Shown: positions 8,214 to 19,500 of the stretch, in pieces | Numbering within the stretch: position 1 is the first letter of the stretch | Layout of the letters: the number at the start of each line of letters is the position of its first letter | IMG/VR virus record: IMGVR_UViG_3300036770_007539 | Location: 62,001 to 126,000 of that record | DNA length: 64,000 bases | Strand: one strand, 5' to 3' | Made by a program: the position numbers and the translations under genes | Notes under the pieces: model-generated | Database searches by the model: none | Told to the model about the DNA's origin: nothing | What the model saw: only the letters and a program-made list of their open reading frames with translations

Positions 8214-9386
8214 TTGAAAGTTTTAATTGTGGGAGATGTTCATTTAGATAAGGGAACTTCTATTGGTAAGAATTATGGTCCAGGAAAATTAAATTCCAGA
8301 AATGAGGACAAGTTTAGATTGTTAAAATGGGTACAATCTAAAGCAATTGAATATAATGTAAAAAATGTAATTTTTACCGGAGATATTTTTGAGTCCTATA
8401 ATGTAGACAATGTTCTGGTTCAGCTTTTCTTTTCATATTTAAAATCGTATGAACAGTACGATATAAACGTTCATATTATTTTAGGTAATCATGATATAAA
8501 AAGAATTGGAAGCGAATATCACAGCGTATTAAACCTAATTAATATTGTAGAGCTTCCCAAATGCAAAGTTTACTCTGAAATTTTCACTCAAGAAGTTGAA
8601 GATGGATTTATTACATTCATTCCTTTTAGAGATAGAAAATCTTTAAACGCCGAGACTAATGCTGCTGCGTTAGATAAATTATCTGAATTACTACCTTCTA
8701 AGACTAGTTTTCCACATATTTGCGTGGGACACTTGACTTTAGAAGGTTCTTTATATGTTGGTGATGAAATTGATGATTTGCACAATGAGCTACATTGCAG
8801 TTCTGAAATGTTTTCTTCTAGGTTCAATGCGACTTTCATGGGACACATTCACAAGCCACAAATTAGAAATGAGAGCCCGCTAGTTTGTCATGTTGGGTCT
8901 TTGGATATTTCAGACTTTGGAGAAATGAATCATGATAAAATTGTTTATATTTATGATTCTTCTAGGGAGAATCCAATTAAGTTAGACGTTCCAACTAGAA
9001 ATCTAAGAAAATTAGAAGTCATTATTCCAGAAGAGGTAGACCCGACTCAATATTTGATTGATGTTCTCAGTAATGAAGAAGATAAAAAATCATTTTATGA
9101 TTCTATTCTTAATTTAGAATTAAAATTTCAAGATCCAAAACAAAAAATAGATGTAAAAAAAATAAATCAAACCTTAGAAAAATATTCAGTTCATAATTTA
9201 ACTGGAATTATTGAATCTAGAGCTAAAAGCGTTGTATCAACTGATAAAAGAAATAGCTTAACTTCATCGGTTTCTCCAAAAGATGCTTTTAAAGATTGGT
9301 TAGATTCGAGAGAGCTGACAGATGATAGAAAGTCAAAAATCATTCAACTTGCTAATGATATTATTGATGAGGCTATGAGCAAATGA
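8214..9386 (+). CDS. sbcD: SbcD/Mre11-like metallophosphoesterase nuclease
   Basis: GDVH, GDIF, GNHD, GH, GHIH motifs; TTG 8214 preceded by GGAGGA. Confidence 0.9.
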   Translation: MKVLIVGDVHLDKGTSIGKNYGPGKLNSRNEDKFRLLKWVQSKAIEYNVKNVIFTGDIFESYNVDNVLVQLFFSYLKSYEQYDINVHIILGNHDIKRIGSEYHSVLNLINIVELPKCKVYSEIFTQEVEDGFITFIPFRDRKSLNAETNAAALDKLSELLPSKTSFPHICVGHLTLEGSLYVGDEIDDLHNELHCSSEMFSSRFNATFMGHIHKPQIRNESPLVCHVGSLDISDFGEMNHDKIVYIYDSSRENPIKLDVPTRNLRKLEVIIPEEVDPTQYLIDVLSNEEDKKSFYDSILNLELKFQDPKQKIDVKKINQTLEKYSVHNLTGIIESRAKSVVSTDKRNSLTSSVSPKDAFKDWLDSRELTDDRKSKIIQLANDIIDEAMSK

Positions 9387-11551
9387 ATCCACTGAAATTA
9401 TCAGTTAAAAATTTTATGACTTATAGAGAGGCAGATATTGATTTTTCAAAATTTGATTCCGCCTTAGTCTTAGGTCAGCACAATGGAGATTTGTCCTTAT
9501 CCAACGCTGCTGGCAAATCTACCATTTTCAGAGCCATAAAATATGCTTTATTTGGAACTTATGACGTATCTACAATAGATAGAATTGTTAGACGAGGAGA
9601 GAAAAAATGTATTGTTGAATTTGAATTTGAAATAGATTCAATTCAATATAAAATATTTAGAGCTAGAACAAAAGGGTCCTCTACATTAGAGTTTTATCAG
9701 AAAATCAATGATCAATGGGTATCTAAAAGCAGCAATACTAACTCTAATATTGAATCCGAAATATCCAAATTATTGTCATTAAATGACAATGCCTTTCATA
9801 ACATTTATCTTTTTTCGCAAAAAGATCATTTGCACGGCTTCTTGTCTGCCAAGAATCCAAAAGAAAGAATTGAAATTATTAAGAATGCTTTATTGTTATC
9901 TATTTATTCAAGATTAGAGCAGGCTGCCAAAGAAAAAATCTCAGAAATAAACAAAGAGATAACTATCTTAAATGCCAAGATTGAATCTTTAGAAAATCCA
10001 ATCGAACACAAAGAAGAAGTCATAAAAAAACTACAAATTACTCAATCTATTTTAGATTCTAAAATATCTGATAAGCACAACATTTTAGAAAAATTAAATT
10101 CTTTAAATCAAGAATTAAATATTTTAGAATCTTCTTTAGATAAATCTGTAGAAGATATGCTTAAGCAGGTAAAGCAATTTCAGTCAGAGTCTGAAACAGT
10201 TAAAACTAAACTTTCTTCTTCAGAAGATAAGAAGAGCAGAAAATTTAATGAAAAACAAAAATCTTTAAAAGACTCTCAAGAACTGATTAATTTAATAAAT
10301 AAATATAATTTAGAGTTAAAATCTTATTTAGATTTATCTTCTTTTGATAAGAATGAATTAAAAGAAGAGCTTCAATCTTTATTTAAAGAGGAGTCCGATT
10401 TAAAAGCTAAAGTTATATCTAATAATACAAGGCTAAATCAATTAAAGAACCCGCTCCCAGAAGACGAAGTTTGTTCCGAATGTTTTCAAACAATCACAGA
10501 AGAATATAAAAATTGTCATTTAGAAAAAGTCTCTAAAGAATTACAAATATTAAATGAAGAAAATAAGCAGTATAATCTAAAATTAGAAAAGATTCAAAAT
10601 AAAAAAAATGATGCAAATAATAAAATTGCAAAAACAGATGAAAGATCTAAGCTAATTAATGAGACTGAACAAAAAATAAAAAATTTAAAAGAAAAAGAAT
10701 CTTCTTGCGCTCAAAACCGAGAATCGATTGAAGAATTTATTTCTTTAATAGACAAAGAAATTCAATCATTTAATGAAACATTAAATTCTTTGCAAGAAAA
10801 AATTTCATTATTAAATGATAAAATTTCTAAAAATATAAATAAAGATGTTTCTGAAAAAATTAAAAACATTAAAGAAAAAATTAACATTGCTAATGAGCAA
10901 ATAACTGCACTAAATGGATCTATTTTGACTGGAACTAATAATCTTGCCATTTTAAAAGATAAAATAGAACTTGCAGATAAAAATATTTTAAAATTCAACG
11001 CTTTTATTTCTTCTAAAAAATCTTTAGAAGATTCTTTGAATGACTATCAAGTTATTGCACAGGGATTTTCTCCTACTGGAACACCTAACAGAATTATTTA
11101 TAACATTTTAGATTTGTTTCAGAGCAATACAAACATCTGGCTAAGTAAAATTAAACCAGGACTAGAAATACAATTCATTATAACAAAAGATAAAAAGGGC
11201 AAAGAAGAAGATACTTTTGATATAAAGTTTTTTGAAAACTCTTTAGAGTTAGATGCTTCTGAGTTATCAGGGGGTCAAGAATTTGTTATTCGATGGGCGC
11301 TAAAAATGGGTCTTAAAGATACCGTAGAGAATGGTGTTCCAAAATTTAAGCTTCTTTGCTTTGATGAAATTGATGAAAGATTAGATGAAGCATCTTCCTC
11401 TGCTTTCATTTCAATAATCAAAGAACTAGAAAAAGACTATAAGGTTTTAGTTATTACTCATAAAGACAAATTAAAAGAAAAATTTAATAATGCTATTATC
11501 GTAAATAACGAAGGTCAATTAGGCTCTATAGCGAAGGTAATATCTGTATGA
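9383..11551 (+). CDS. sbcC: SbcC/Rad50 SMC-like ATPase
   Basis: Walker A NAAGKST, coiled coil with CSEC hook, LSGGQ signature, FDEID Walker B, ITH. Confidence 0.92.
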   Translation: MNPLKLSVKNFMTYREADIDFSKFDSALVLGQHNGDLSLSNAAGKSTIFRAIKYALFGTYDVSTIDRIVRRGEKKCIVEFEFEIDSIQYKIFRARTKGSSTLEFYQKINDQWVSKSSNTNSNIESEISKLLSLNDNAFHNIYLFSQKDHLHGFLSAKNPKERIEIIKNALLLSIYSRLEQAAKEKISEINKEITILNAKIESLENPIEHKEEVIKKLQITQSILDSKISDKHNILEKLNSLNQELNILESSLDKSVEDMLKQVKQFQSESETVKTKLSSSEDKKSRKFNEKQKSLKDSQELINLINKYNLELKSYLDLSSFDKNELKEELQSLFKEESDLKAKVISNNTRLNQLKNPLPEDEVCSECFQTITEEYKNCHLEKVSKELQILNEENKQYNLKLEKIQNKKNDANNKIAKTDERSKLINETEQKIKNLKEKESSCAQNRESIEEFISLIDKEIQSFNETLNSLQEKISLLNDKISKNINKDVSEKIKNIKEKINIANEQITALNGSILTGTNNLAILKDKIELADKNILKFNAFISSKKSLEDSLNDYQVIAQGFSPTGTPNRIIYNILDLFQSNTNIWLSKIKPGLEIQFIITKDKKGKEEDTFDIKFFENSLELDASELSGGQEFVIRWALKMGLKDTVENGVPKFKLLCFDEIDERLDEASSSAFISIIKELEKDYKVLVITHKDKLKEKFNNAIIVNNEGQLGSIAKVISV

Positions 11552-12462
11552 AAATTATAGCTTTAGCTGGCAGGAAAGGAAGCGGAAAGTCTACACTGTC
11601 TAATTATTTAGTTGCAAATGAAAATTTTACAAAATTTTCATTTGCAGATTATTTAAGAGAATTAATTATAGATGTTTTTTTAATAGATAAAAAATATTTT
11701 GAGCAATCTTTCAAAGAAACAGAACTTTTAAATATTTGTACCAATCAGGATTTTTATAAAAAAATATCAGATTATATTAAGGAAGATGTTACTTATCTTC
11801 AAGGAGAGGAAATTATAATTAAAACTCCAAGACAGTTGCTACAATTTATTGGAACAGACGTATTGCGTCTGCATGATATTAATTTTCACGTTAAAAAAAC
11901 CTTATTAAAAATACAAAACAGTACCAAAACTAATTTGGTTTGTGATGATCTTAGATTTTATAATGAGCTATTAGGTCTTAGAACTTTAAATGTAGAAGAG
12001 TATTTTGTAATTAGACCAAATAATTGGAACATTTCCAACCATTCTTCAGAAAAATCTCTTAAATGGCACAATATAAAGAATATAATTATTAATAATTGTA
12101 ATATTCATGCTTTGATGAATGCTTTTAAGAATCGCTTAGGTTCAAAAGATGACAGTTTTAGCCAAATAATTCGAGAAAAATCTAATGAACATTCGGATTA
12201 TCAATTCGATACGGAGCATTCTACGTCTAAAGATGCTTTTATTGGGGGATTTATTTGTCAGCATAAATTGTTAAATAATCTTTCCGAGTTGGAATTATTA
12301 TCTATAAAAAATCACTTGAGTAATCTTTCTAAGGACACTGACTATATTTATAATAATTTTAAATTAGAAAATTTAAAACAATGGCTGGATGTTAAATTTC
12401 CCCCAGAAGTTAATTTAACATCTTGGGAAGAAGGGATGATTTATTATAAATCAACGGTTTAA
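11548..12462 (+). CDS. deoxynucleoside monophosphate kinase with C-terminal extension
   Basis: AGRKGSGKST, FSFADYLR, RQLLQFIGTD, DDLRFYNE, HSSE. Confidence 0.85.
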   Translation: MKIIALAGRKGSGKSTLSNYLVANENFTKFSFADYLRELIIDVFLIDKKYFEQSFKETELLNICTNQDFYKKISDYIKEDVTYLQGEEIIIKTPRQLLQFIGTDVLRLHDINFHVKKTLLKIQNSTKTNLVCDDLRFYNELLGLRTLNVEEYFVIRPNNWNISNHSSEKSLKWHNIKNIIINNCNIHALMNAFKNRLGSKDDSFSQIIREKSNEHSDYQFDTEHSTSKDAFIGGFICQHKLLNNLSELELLSIKNHLSNLSKDTDYIYNNFKLENLKQWLDVKFPPEVNLTSWEEGMIYYKSTV

Positions 12463-12545
12463 ATTTAAATTACTAAAGATTCGATATATTAATATGAAAG
12501 AAAAAAGTTTAAAAGACACTATAAAAATAATTATGCAAGACCGTT

Positions 12546-12869
12546 ATGCAATATATGGCTACAAAAAGGAATTTGCAAGAGATTTCTAAAACATGCATGG
12601 AACTTCTAGCTAAAAGAGGCGAAGAAGGATTGTATAATTATTTAAAAAAAACAGCCATAGTTAGAGTAGAAAGTCAGCCCAATTTAGAAAATGAATTTAT
12701 TCAGACTGCAGAAGACTTTTTTTCATTATACAGATCTACCGGAGACGAGCATTACTTTATTTTAGGAAAAATTCTTCGAAGAGTGGGTCATGCCGTATAT
12801 AGATACGAGTTAAAAGTAAACCCACTAAAAAAAATAAATAAAAAGAAATTTCTTAATTTATTAAAGTAA
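12546..12869 (+). CDS. hypothetical protein
   Basis: ORF track (start may be 12555). Confidence 0.65.
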   Translation: MQYMATKRNLQEISKTCMELLAKRGEEGLYNYLKKTAIVRVESQPNLENEFIQTAEDFFSLYRSTGDEHYFILGKILRRVGHAVYRYELKVNPLKKINKKKFLNLLK

Positions 12870-12873
12870 TAAA

Positions 12874-13833
12874 ATGATAAGCTTAATAGTTACAGAGTCA
12901 GATCTAGAAAAAATAGCAGGAATTCCAGTATTTGTAACGGTAGAAACAAATATTCCATCTACTATTTTTTATACGCTAGATGGCTCAGATCCGACGCCAT
13001 TATCGTCTATTTATATAGATAAAATTAATTTACCCACTGTCAATTCAAAAATAACATTAAAAATATTTGCTACTAACGGAATAATAAATTCCACTATTTT
13101 TTCTAAAATATACGGAGCTTCTTTTGTAGGCATTGACCCTGGCTCCGCTCAAGTATCCAATTATAACCAGTATAGAACTGGCACAAATTACGCTCCATTT
13201 GGAGACATGCTCCAAGATGTAAGCCCAATTTTTGGTCCTGCTGCTGGTCTTATTATTGACAACGGCAACGTTCAAAATGTTTTAGATGGATACGATTCCG
13301 ATGGCAACAGAGTAGGGTCTATTGATGAAGGCGTTGGAAGGCTTGATTTTATTTATTCCGAAACAGATGGAAAAGGTAATGTTGGGAGAGGTATAGGTAC
13401 TGTTTCTTATTCAACAATTCGAGAGCCAGAATCTCCGCCAGATCAATCAAGTGTTAATAATAAATTCTTTAATCCTAGAGCTAAAATTATTTTTCAATCA
13501 TATGAAGACACTGAAAATCAAGACATTTCTATGTTAAATAGAAGTCAATTCACTTTAATAAATCCAGAAAAGTTTAATGGTGGCTCACAATACTATTATA
13601 ATCCTGGAACTTTACAAACCACTGGCGGAGCGCTCCGCCAACATTTTAATCCAAAAGACTCAACAATAACTTATTATTATTTCGATTCGGCATCTTTGCG
13701 TTGGGTCATTTCAAAAGAAAAATTCTTGCCATCTATTTCTACTAATTATGCAAACATAGTTCCAGTGAGTAGAACCTCTGGAACTGGATTAGTATTTAAA
13801 TGGTATCCATTCTTTAGGAGCCGTATTATATGA
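12874..13833 (+). CDS. protein with N-terminal chitobiase/Fn3-associated (YTLDGSDP) domain
   Basis: TIFYTLDGSDPTPLSSIY signature. Confidence 0.7.
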   Translation: MISLIVTESDLEKIAGIPVFVTVETNIPSTIFYTLDGSDPTPLSSIYIDKINLPTVNSKITLKIFATNGIINSTIFSKIYGASFVGIDPGSAQVSNYNQYRTGTNYAPFGDMLQDVSPIFGPAAGLIIDNGNVQNVLDGYDSDGNRVGSIDEGVGRLDFIYSETDGKGNVGRGIGTVSYSTIREPESPPDQSSVNNKFFNPRAKIIFQSYEDTENQDISMLNRSQFTLINPEKFNGGSQYYYNPGTLQTTGGALRQHFNPKDSTITYYYFDSASLRWVISKEKFLPSISTNYANIVPVSRTSGTGLVFKWYPFFRSRII

Positions 13834-14708
13834 AGGGTATTTTGCTGGATGTTAGACCAGAAAAAAATATTAACACTTTAAATCTTAGCGTCAGTAAATT
13901 AAAAACATTTGAAGATTGTAAAGCAAAATTTAAATTTTCTTACATAGATAAGCTTCCTAAAAAGGAGTGGGAGTTTCATTCTTTTGGAAAATTTTTACAT
14001 GCCGTACTAGAGTATTTTCATATTATATTTCGTGATAATCCGGATCAGCCGCTAAATCTTTCTATGAAAGAAGCTTATCTTAAAGCAAAAGAAGTATACG
14101 AACCTAAGCTTTCCAAAGAAAAAGTTAAAGAAATTTGGGAGCTATGCTTTAATTATCTGAAAATTATTTCAGATAAAAGAAAAAATAATGCACTTTCTGA
14201 CTTTTTGGCAGCCGAAAAAGAATTTAACATTAACATAGAAGATACCATTCTTCTTAATGGTTTTATTGATAAGATTCAATTGGATTCTGATAAGATTTTG
14301 CATGTAGCTGATTATAAGACTTCAAAGAGCGATTCTTATTTAAAGAATGATTTTTTTCAGTTAAAAACATATGCTTATGTTATGTTCTTAACCGATCCTT
14401 CTTTAAAGAAGGTTAGAACTTCTTATATTATGGCAAGGATGAATTTTAAAGAAATAGTTAAGGAATTCACTCTTGACGATGTTAAAGATGTGGAAGATTA
14501 TTATCTAGAGAAGGCTGCTTTAATTAGGGCAGAGGCTGGATATAAACCAAAACCAAGTCGATTGTGTGACTATTGCGATTATTTAGAAAGCTGCCCAGAT
14601 GGGTCTAAGTTTTTGGCTTCAGTTGCACCTAGACAGACTAAAATTGTTCCAGTAGAAAAAGATAATACGTTATATTACAGTTCTGTAACTTGGTTTGATA
14701 CGAAATAA
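13830..14708 (+). CDS. PD-(D/E)XK RecB/Cas4-like exonuclease with probable Fe-S cluster
   Basis: LSVSKL...C, FGKFLHAVLE, GFIDKI, ADYKT, QLKTY, CDYCDYLESC. Confidence 0.88.
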   Translation: MKGILLDVRPEKNINTLNLSVSKLKTFEDCKAKFKFSYIDKLPKKEWEFHSFGKFLHAVLEYFHIIFRDNPDQPLNLSMKEAYLKAKEVYEPKLSKEKVKEIWELCFNYLKIISDKRKNNALSDFLAAEKEFNINIEDTILLNGFIDKIQLDSDKILHVADYKTSKSDSYLKNDFFQLKTYAYVMFLTDPSLKKVRTSYIMARMNFKEIVKEFTLDDVKDVEDYYLEKAALIRAEAGYKPKPSRLCDYCDYLESCPDGSKFLASVAPRQTKIVPVEKDNTLYYSSVTWFDTK

Positions 14709-14752
14709 CTTAAATAATTTATTTTAATTTTAAAAATTAAGAAAGGTATATT

Positions 14753-15994
14753 ATGACTCTTCAAGTTCAAGAAGTTGATTTATGCAAATTAAATGTACAA
14801 TACGTGGCTCCGAATGAAAAAGTAAAAGAAGCAAGATCAAAAGCCATAGATCGAATTAGGCGAGAAAAAGTTCCAGTAAAGGGCTATAGACCAGGCACAG
14901 CACCTAATCATGTCATTGAATTTGCCATGAAATCTACAATTGATTCTTTAGCTGCAAAAGATCTGGTATCTGATGCATATAATGATCTTATTTTTCAGCA
15001 CAAAATAAAAACTTTATTTTATCCAAAAGTAGACCATCAATCTTTTGATAATGGTAAATTTCATTGTGAAATGACGGTCTGGAAAAAACCAGAGGTAGAT
15101 CTAAAAGAATACAAAGGTTTTAATATTCCAAAGCCAGCAACAGAAAATGTCAAAGATTTAACTGCTAAAATGCTGCAAGATTTAAGAATGAAAAATGGAG
15201 AGTCAAGACCTTATAACGAAGGTGATTTTGTTCAGCTTGGAGATAAAATCACTCTAGATATTAAAGCAGAATGCGAAGGGGAAGTTATAAATGAACTAAC
15301 TCAAGAGGGTATGCTTTATCAAGTTGGTCAATTTAAAGAGCTTGACGAGAATCTGTCGGGAATGGTGCCCGATGAAACAAAATCTTTTAAAGTTCAAATG
15401 GCAGAAGATGCTCCTGTAGATTCAATTAAAAATAAGATCATTGATTTTACAGTAACTTTGCACATGGGCATGAGAACTGAGCCTGCTGCGCTAGATGATG
15501 AGCTTGCCAAAAAACTAGGAATGTCCAATCTCTCTCAATTGGAGACTTATGTAAATTCTATGTTTGATGCCCAATTAAAAGATAAAGAGAAAAAACTATT
15601 AAATAATCAATTATTTATTAGATTAATCGAAAACAACCCTTTTGATGTTCCTTCATGGCTAGTAGAACTTGAAGCCGAAAATTCAGCGAAAACCAGAGGA
15701 GTTGAACTTTCTTCTTTACCAGCAGAAATTCGTCAAAAAGTCCTTGTCGAATCCGAGAAAGCTGTTAAGCTTAGCCTGATCCTAGACTCAATCAGAGAAA
15801 ATGAACCAGAAACATCTTTCTCTGAAAGAGAATTATTAAATCTATTGCGCATGAAAGTTTCAGAGTCTGGAAGTAATCCAGATGAATTTATTAAGCAAGC
15901 ATCCAAAGATGGATCTATTTTTGGTATTATTGCTAATATGAAAGATACTGCGACGGTAGATTGGATTCTTAAACACTGTAACATTGTAGATTGA
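14753..15994 (+). CDS. tig: trigger factor (ribosome-associated chaperone)
   Basis: KGYRPGTAP ribosome-binding loop; FKBP-like middle (GDKITLD, LSGM); PALDDELAK, FDVP; 413 aa. Confidence 0.88.
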   Translation: MTLQVQEVDLCKLNVQYVAPNEKVKEARSKAIDRIRREKVPVKGYRPGTAPNHVIEFAMKSTIDSLAAKDLVSDAYNDLIFQHKIKTLFYPKVDHQSFDNGKFHCEMTVWKKPEVDLKEYKGFNIPKPATENVKDLTAKMLQDLRMKNGESRPYNEGDFVQLGDKITLDIKAECEGEVINELTQEGMLYQVGQFKELDENLSGMVPDETKSFKVQMAEDAPVDSIKNKIIDFTVTLHMGMRTEPAALDDELAKKLGMSNLSQLETYVNSMFDAQLKDKEKKLLNNQLFIRLIENNPFDVPSWLVELEAENSAKTRGVELSSLPAEIRQKVLVESEKAVKLSLILDSIRENEPETSFSERELLNLLRMKVSESGSNPDEFIKQASKDGSIFGIIANMKDTATVDWILKHCNIVD

Positions 15995-16008
15995 TAAAGG
16001 AATTATAT

Positions 16009-16290
16009 ATGTCAGATGAAACCAATGATTTTCCAACAAAATGGCTAAATAAACTTCCAGAATCTATTAAAGATTCTGTTGGATCAATGTCAGATGATGA
16101 AGTTAAAGAAAGACTTATTGAAGTTGAAAAAGGAATTTCTCAATTTGAGCAAGACATGGAGAAAGACGAAAAATTAGCAGCTGCAAAGCAGCTAGTGAAA
16201 GAACTCAAAGAAACGTACACAATACCAATCAAAGAACACCAGATAATGGTTAAGTTTCTAGTTTGGAACCTAGAGCAACGCGGAAAATAA
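16009..16290 (+). CDS. hypothetical coiled-coil protein
   Basis: ATG 16009 with AAGGA RBS. Confidence 0.7.
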   Translation: MSDETNDFPTKWLNKLPESIKDSVGSMSDDEVKERLIEVEKGISQFEQDMEKDEKLAAAKQLVKELKETYTIPIKEHQIMVKFLVWNLEQRGK

Positions 16291-16305
16291 TAAATAAAGG
16301 AAAAA

Positions 16306-16587
16306 ATGGCTATCAAAACTCATACGATTAAATCTTGCTGTGGAAATTCAAGTACAATCCTTGAGACTGATAAGCCATTAAGAAAATATCAGGTAGACGT
16401 ATTCAAGCAGGCTGGGTACGTCATACCTGATAATTTTTTTAATTCTGGGGTATTTTACGCCCAAAAAGATGGTCTTATTGCTACGGGCTCATTTGGCACC
16501 AATAAAATTAGTTTGCGAGTATCTCCCCGCTCACAAGACTTAATTCAAGAATTTTCTCAGCTGCTGGAGGCTGCAGTTTCTAAATGA
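16306..16587 (+). CDS. hypothetical protein
   Basis: AAGGA RBS; ORF track. Confidence 0.7.
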   Translation: MAIKTHTIKSCCGNSSTILETDKPLRKYQVDVFKQAGYVIPDNFFNSGVFYAQKDGLIATGSFGTNKISLRVSPRSQDLIQEFSQLLEAAVSK

Positions 16588-19500
16588 AAGATTTTGTTTC
16601 TTTTCACAATCACACCACATATTCAGTATTAGATTCTTTAATTAGACCAAGAGATCTTTTTTATAGAGCCAAAGAATTAGGTCAGTCTGCAATTGCTGTA
16701 ACCGATCACGCAACTTTGGCTGCTGCGCATGATTGCCTTCATGCTAGTAAGGAGACTGGCGTAAAACTAATTATGGGGTGTGAATTTAATTTTGTAGATG
16801 ATTTAAATTCTACAAATAAAAATGATAGATGGCGACATGTGATTCTTTGCGCCAAAAATTATAATGGATATAAGAACCTTTTAAAACTAAGTAGAGAAGC
16901 AAACAATTATAATGTTATTGCTTTCAAAAAGACATTTCCTAGAATTGATTGGTCTTTGCTAGAAAAATATTCTTCTGATTTAATTTGTACCACAGCTTGT
17001 GCTGGTGGAATACTTGGTCAATTAATCAATACCAGGCAAATTGAAACTGCTAAACTTCAAGCTAAAAGATTGAAGTCTATTTTTGAAGACGACCTTGCCT
17101 TGGAAATTCAACCTCACGCTTTAAAAAGACAAATTAGTACGATGAATGATTATATTGACCAGACTTTGGTTAATAACATCTTAATTAAGATCGGTAAAGA
17201 ATTAGATATTAAAGTCATTCCAACAACAGACGCTCATTATCTTTACAGAGAAGATGCGGAGGCGCATGATGTGGAGTTGGCTATTGGCTCAGGTCAGCCA
17301 GTTGAATCAAATAATAGATTACGTTACTATAATACTAGCGATAGCTCTCTTCATTCTGAGTTTTATATGAAATCTCGGGATGAAGTTGTTTCTTTCTTTT
17401 CTCGTCTCTATAAGGAAAAAGCAGATGAATGGGCAGACAACACTCTATACTTTGCTGAAAAATGTGAATTTCCAAACTGGATTGACCCAGCCTTTACCAA
17501 TCCTTCTAAACGAGAACTTCCAGATTTTCCAGTAAAAGATCAGCCTGATTATAAGAAATTTCTTGTTTGGAAGCACGAGCATCTTGAAAAAGAATGTCCA
17601 GAAGACGAGGCATATCTTAGATATGTTGTATATTCAAATCTTGATTCTAGAGCTAAAATGCCAAATATTGAAGCATATAAAGCCAGAATTGAAGATGAGT
17701 TTGAAGTTATTGCAGGTAAGAAATTCAATAGTTATATGTTAATTGTGGCGGATATTTTAGATTTCTGTCGCAAGAATAATATTTCTACTGGCTATGGTCG
17801 AGGCAGTGCCGGTGGAAGTTTAATTGCTTATCTTGCTAGAATTCACGAAGCAGACCCTCTAAAATATAACTTAATTTTTGAACGATTCCAAAATCGTGAA
17901 AAAACGGCTATGCCCGATATCGATCTTGATTTCTCCAAGCGAAATCGAGAAAAGGTTCTTGAATATATTTATAAAAAATATGGCAATGAATACGTGGCTC
18001 AAATTGCCAACTATATGGAATTGACGCCTAAGCCATATGCTAGAGCCATTTCAAGAGTTTATAAACTGGGCGGAGACTTTAAATCTGCTGTTAAGATAGG
18101 TAATGAAATTGCAGGCGCAATTCCAGATGATATTCATAAAGTATCTGATTTGATAGATAATGCACCCCTATATGCTGAATATAGCAAATTCTATCCACAA
18201 TTAGCCAAGAGTTCTCAAAAACTTGGAAATATATTTGCTGCTTTTTCTAAGCATGCAGCAGGGTTGGTTATTGGAAAAAGAAAGCTTGAAGAAATTGTAC
18301 CATTACGTATAGATAAAGAAGGCTTTATTGTTCTTGAATATGAAAAAGAGCGAGCCGAAGCCAATGGATTAGTTAAGATGGATATTCTTGGTCTTGAGAC
18401 TTTGGATATTATTGATGACTGCTTTGAGTTAATTAAAAAACAAGGTAAGCCATTACCATCCGAGCCTTTTGACTTTGAAATGTATGATGAAAAGACTTAT
18501 GATTTGATTGCTTCCGGAAATACTTTTGCTGTATTCCAGCTTGGAACTTCAGGGGCAACCATGGATCTTTGCAGGAAGATTAAGCCTAAATCCATTCTTG
18601 ATTTAGCTCTAATCAATGCCTTAGCACGACCTGCCACCGCTGATATTAGGGATGAGTTTTCAAAGGTGCGAAATGGGGAGAAGCCAATGGAGTTATTGCA
18701 TCCTTCATTGCAAAGAGCTTTCGGATTTACCTATGGTTTTGGTCTTTTCGAAGAATCTCTTATGTTCTTAGCTCAAGATGTTGCAGGTTGGACTCTTAAT
18801 GAAGCTGATGCCTTGCGAAAATTGACTAAAGAAAAAGGTAAAAATCCTGAGAAGGCAGCAAAATTACGTAAAAACTTTATTGATAAATCAGTGGAAAATA
18901 ATATTGATGTAAGTATTGCTACTACAGTGTGGGATGATGTAATTTCTAAATTTTCTGGGTATGGGTTCAATTTGAGCCACGCTGTATTTTATTCCTTTCT
19001 AGGATTCAAGACAGCCTATCTAAAAGCTCACTATCCATTAGAGTTTCTTACCGCCAACTTAATTGCGGAAGCTAATTCCAATGCTAAGAACGCTCCTGAT
19101 AATATTCTTAAAATCAAGCAAGAACTTCGCTCATCAGGTGTAAAAGTTCTACCTCCTGATATTAATAAATCTGAAATGACCTATAATATCATTGACGATA
19201 ATACATTGCTAACGGGTTTTGATTCATTAAAATTTATGAGCAATGATGCCATTCCAGAGATTATTGCTCATCGTCCATATAACTCTTTTGAAGATTTTAT
19301 GAGAAAAGTCAGCGCCAAGAAAGTTAAGATTAATAGTGTTTATGCTTTGATTGGATCTGGTTGCTTTGATTGTTTTGGCATGAGTCGTAAGCAAATGTAT
19401 TTATACGCCGCTGATTACAGAAAGAAGCTATCACTTTATCTGTCCAGGGCAGAAGATGCAACCCAGCCTTTTAACTATCCTTTTCCAGAGGTTGGAGATT

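Noticed and set aside
12494-12589. 31-codon ORF overlapping the start of the 12546 gene
   Set aside because: Too short, no RBS, and no supporting features.
13830-14708. Cas4 / CRISPR system
   Set aside because: No repeat-spacer array or other cas genes were seen; stand-alone Cas4-like exonucleases are common in phage replication blocks.
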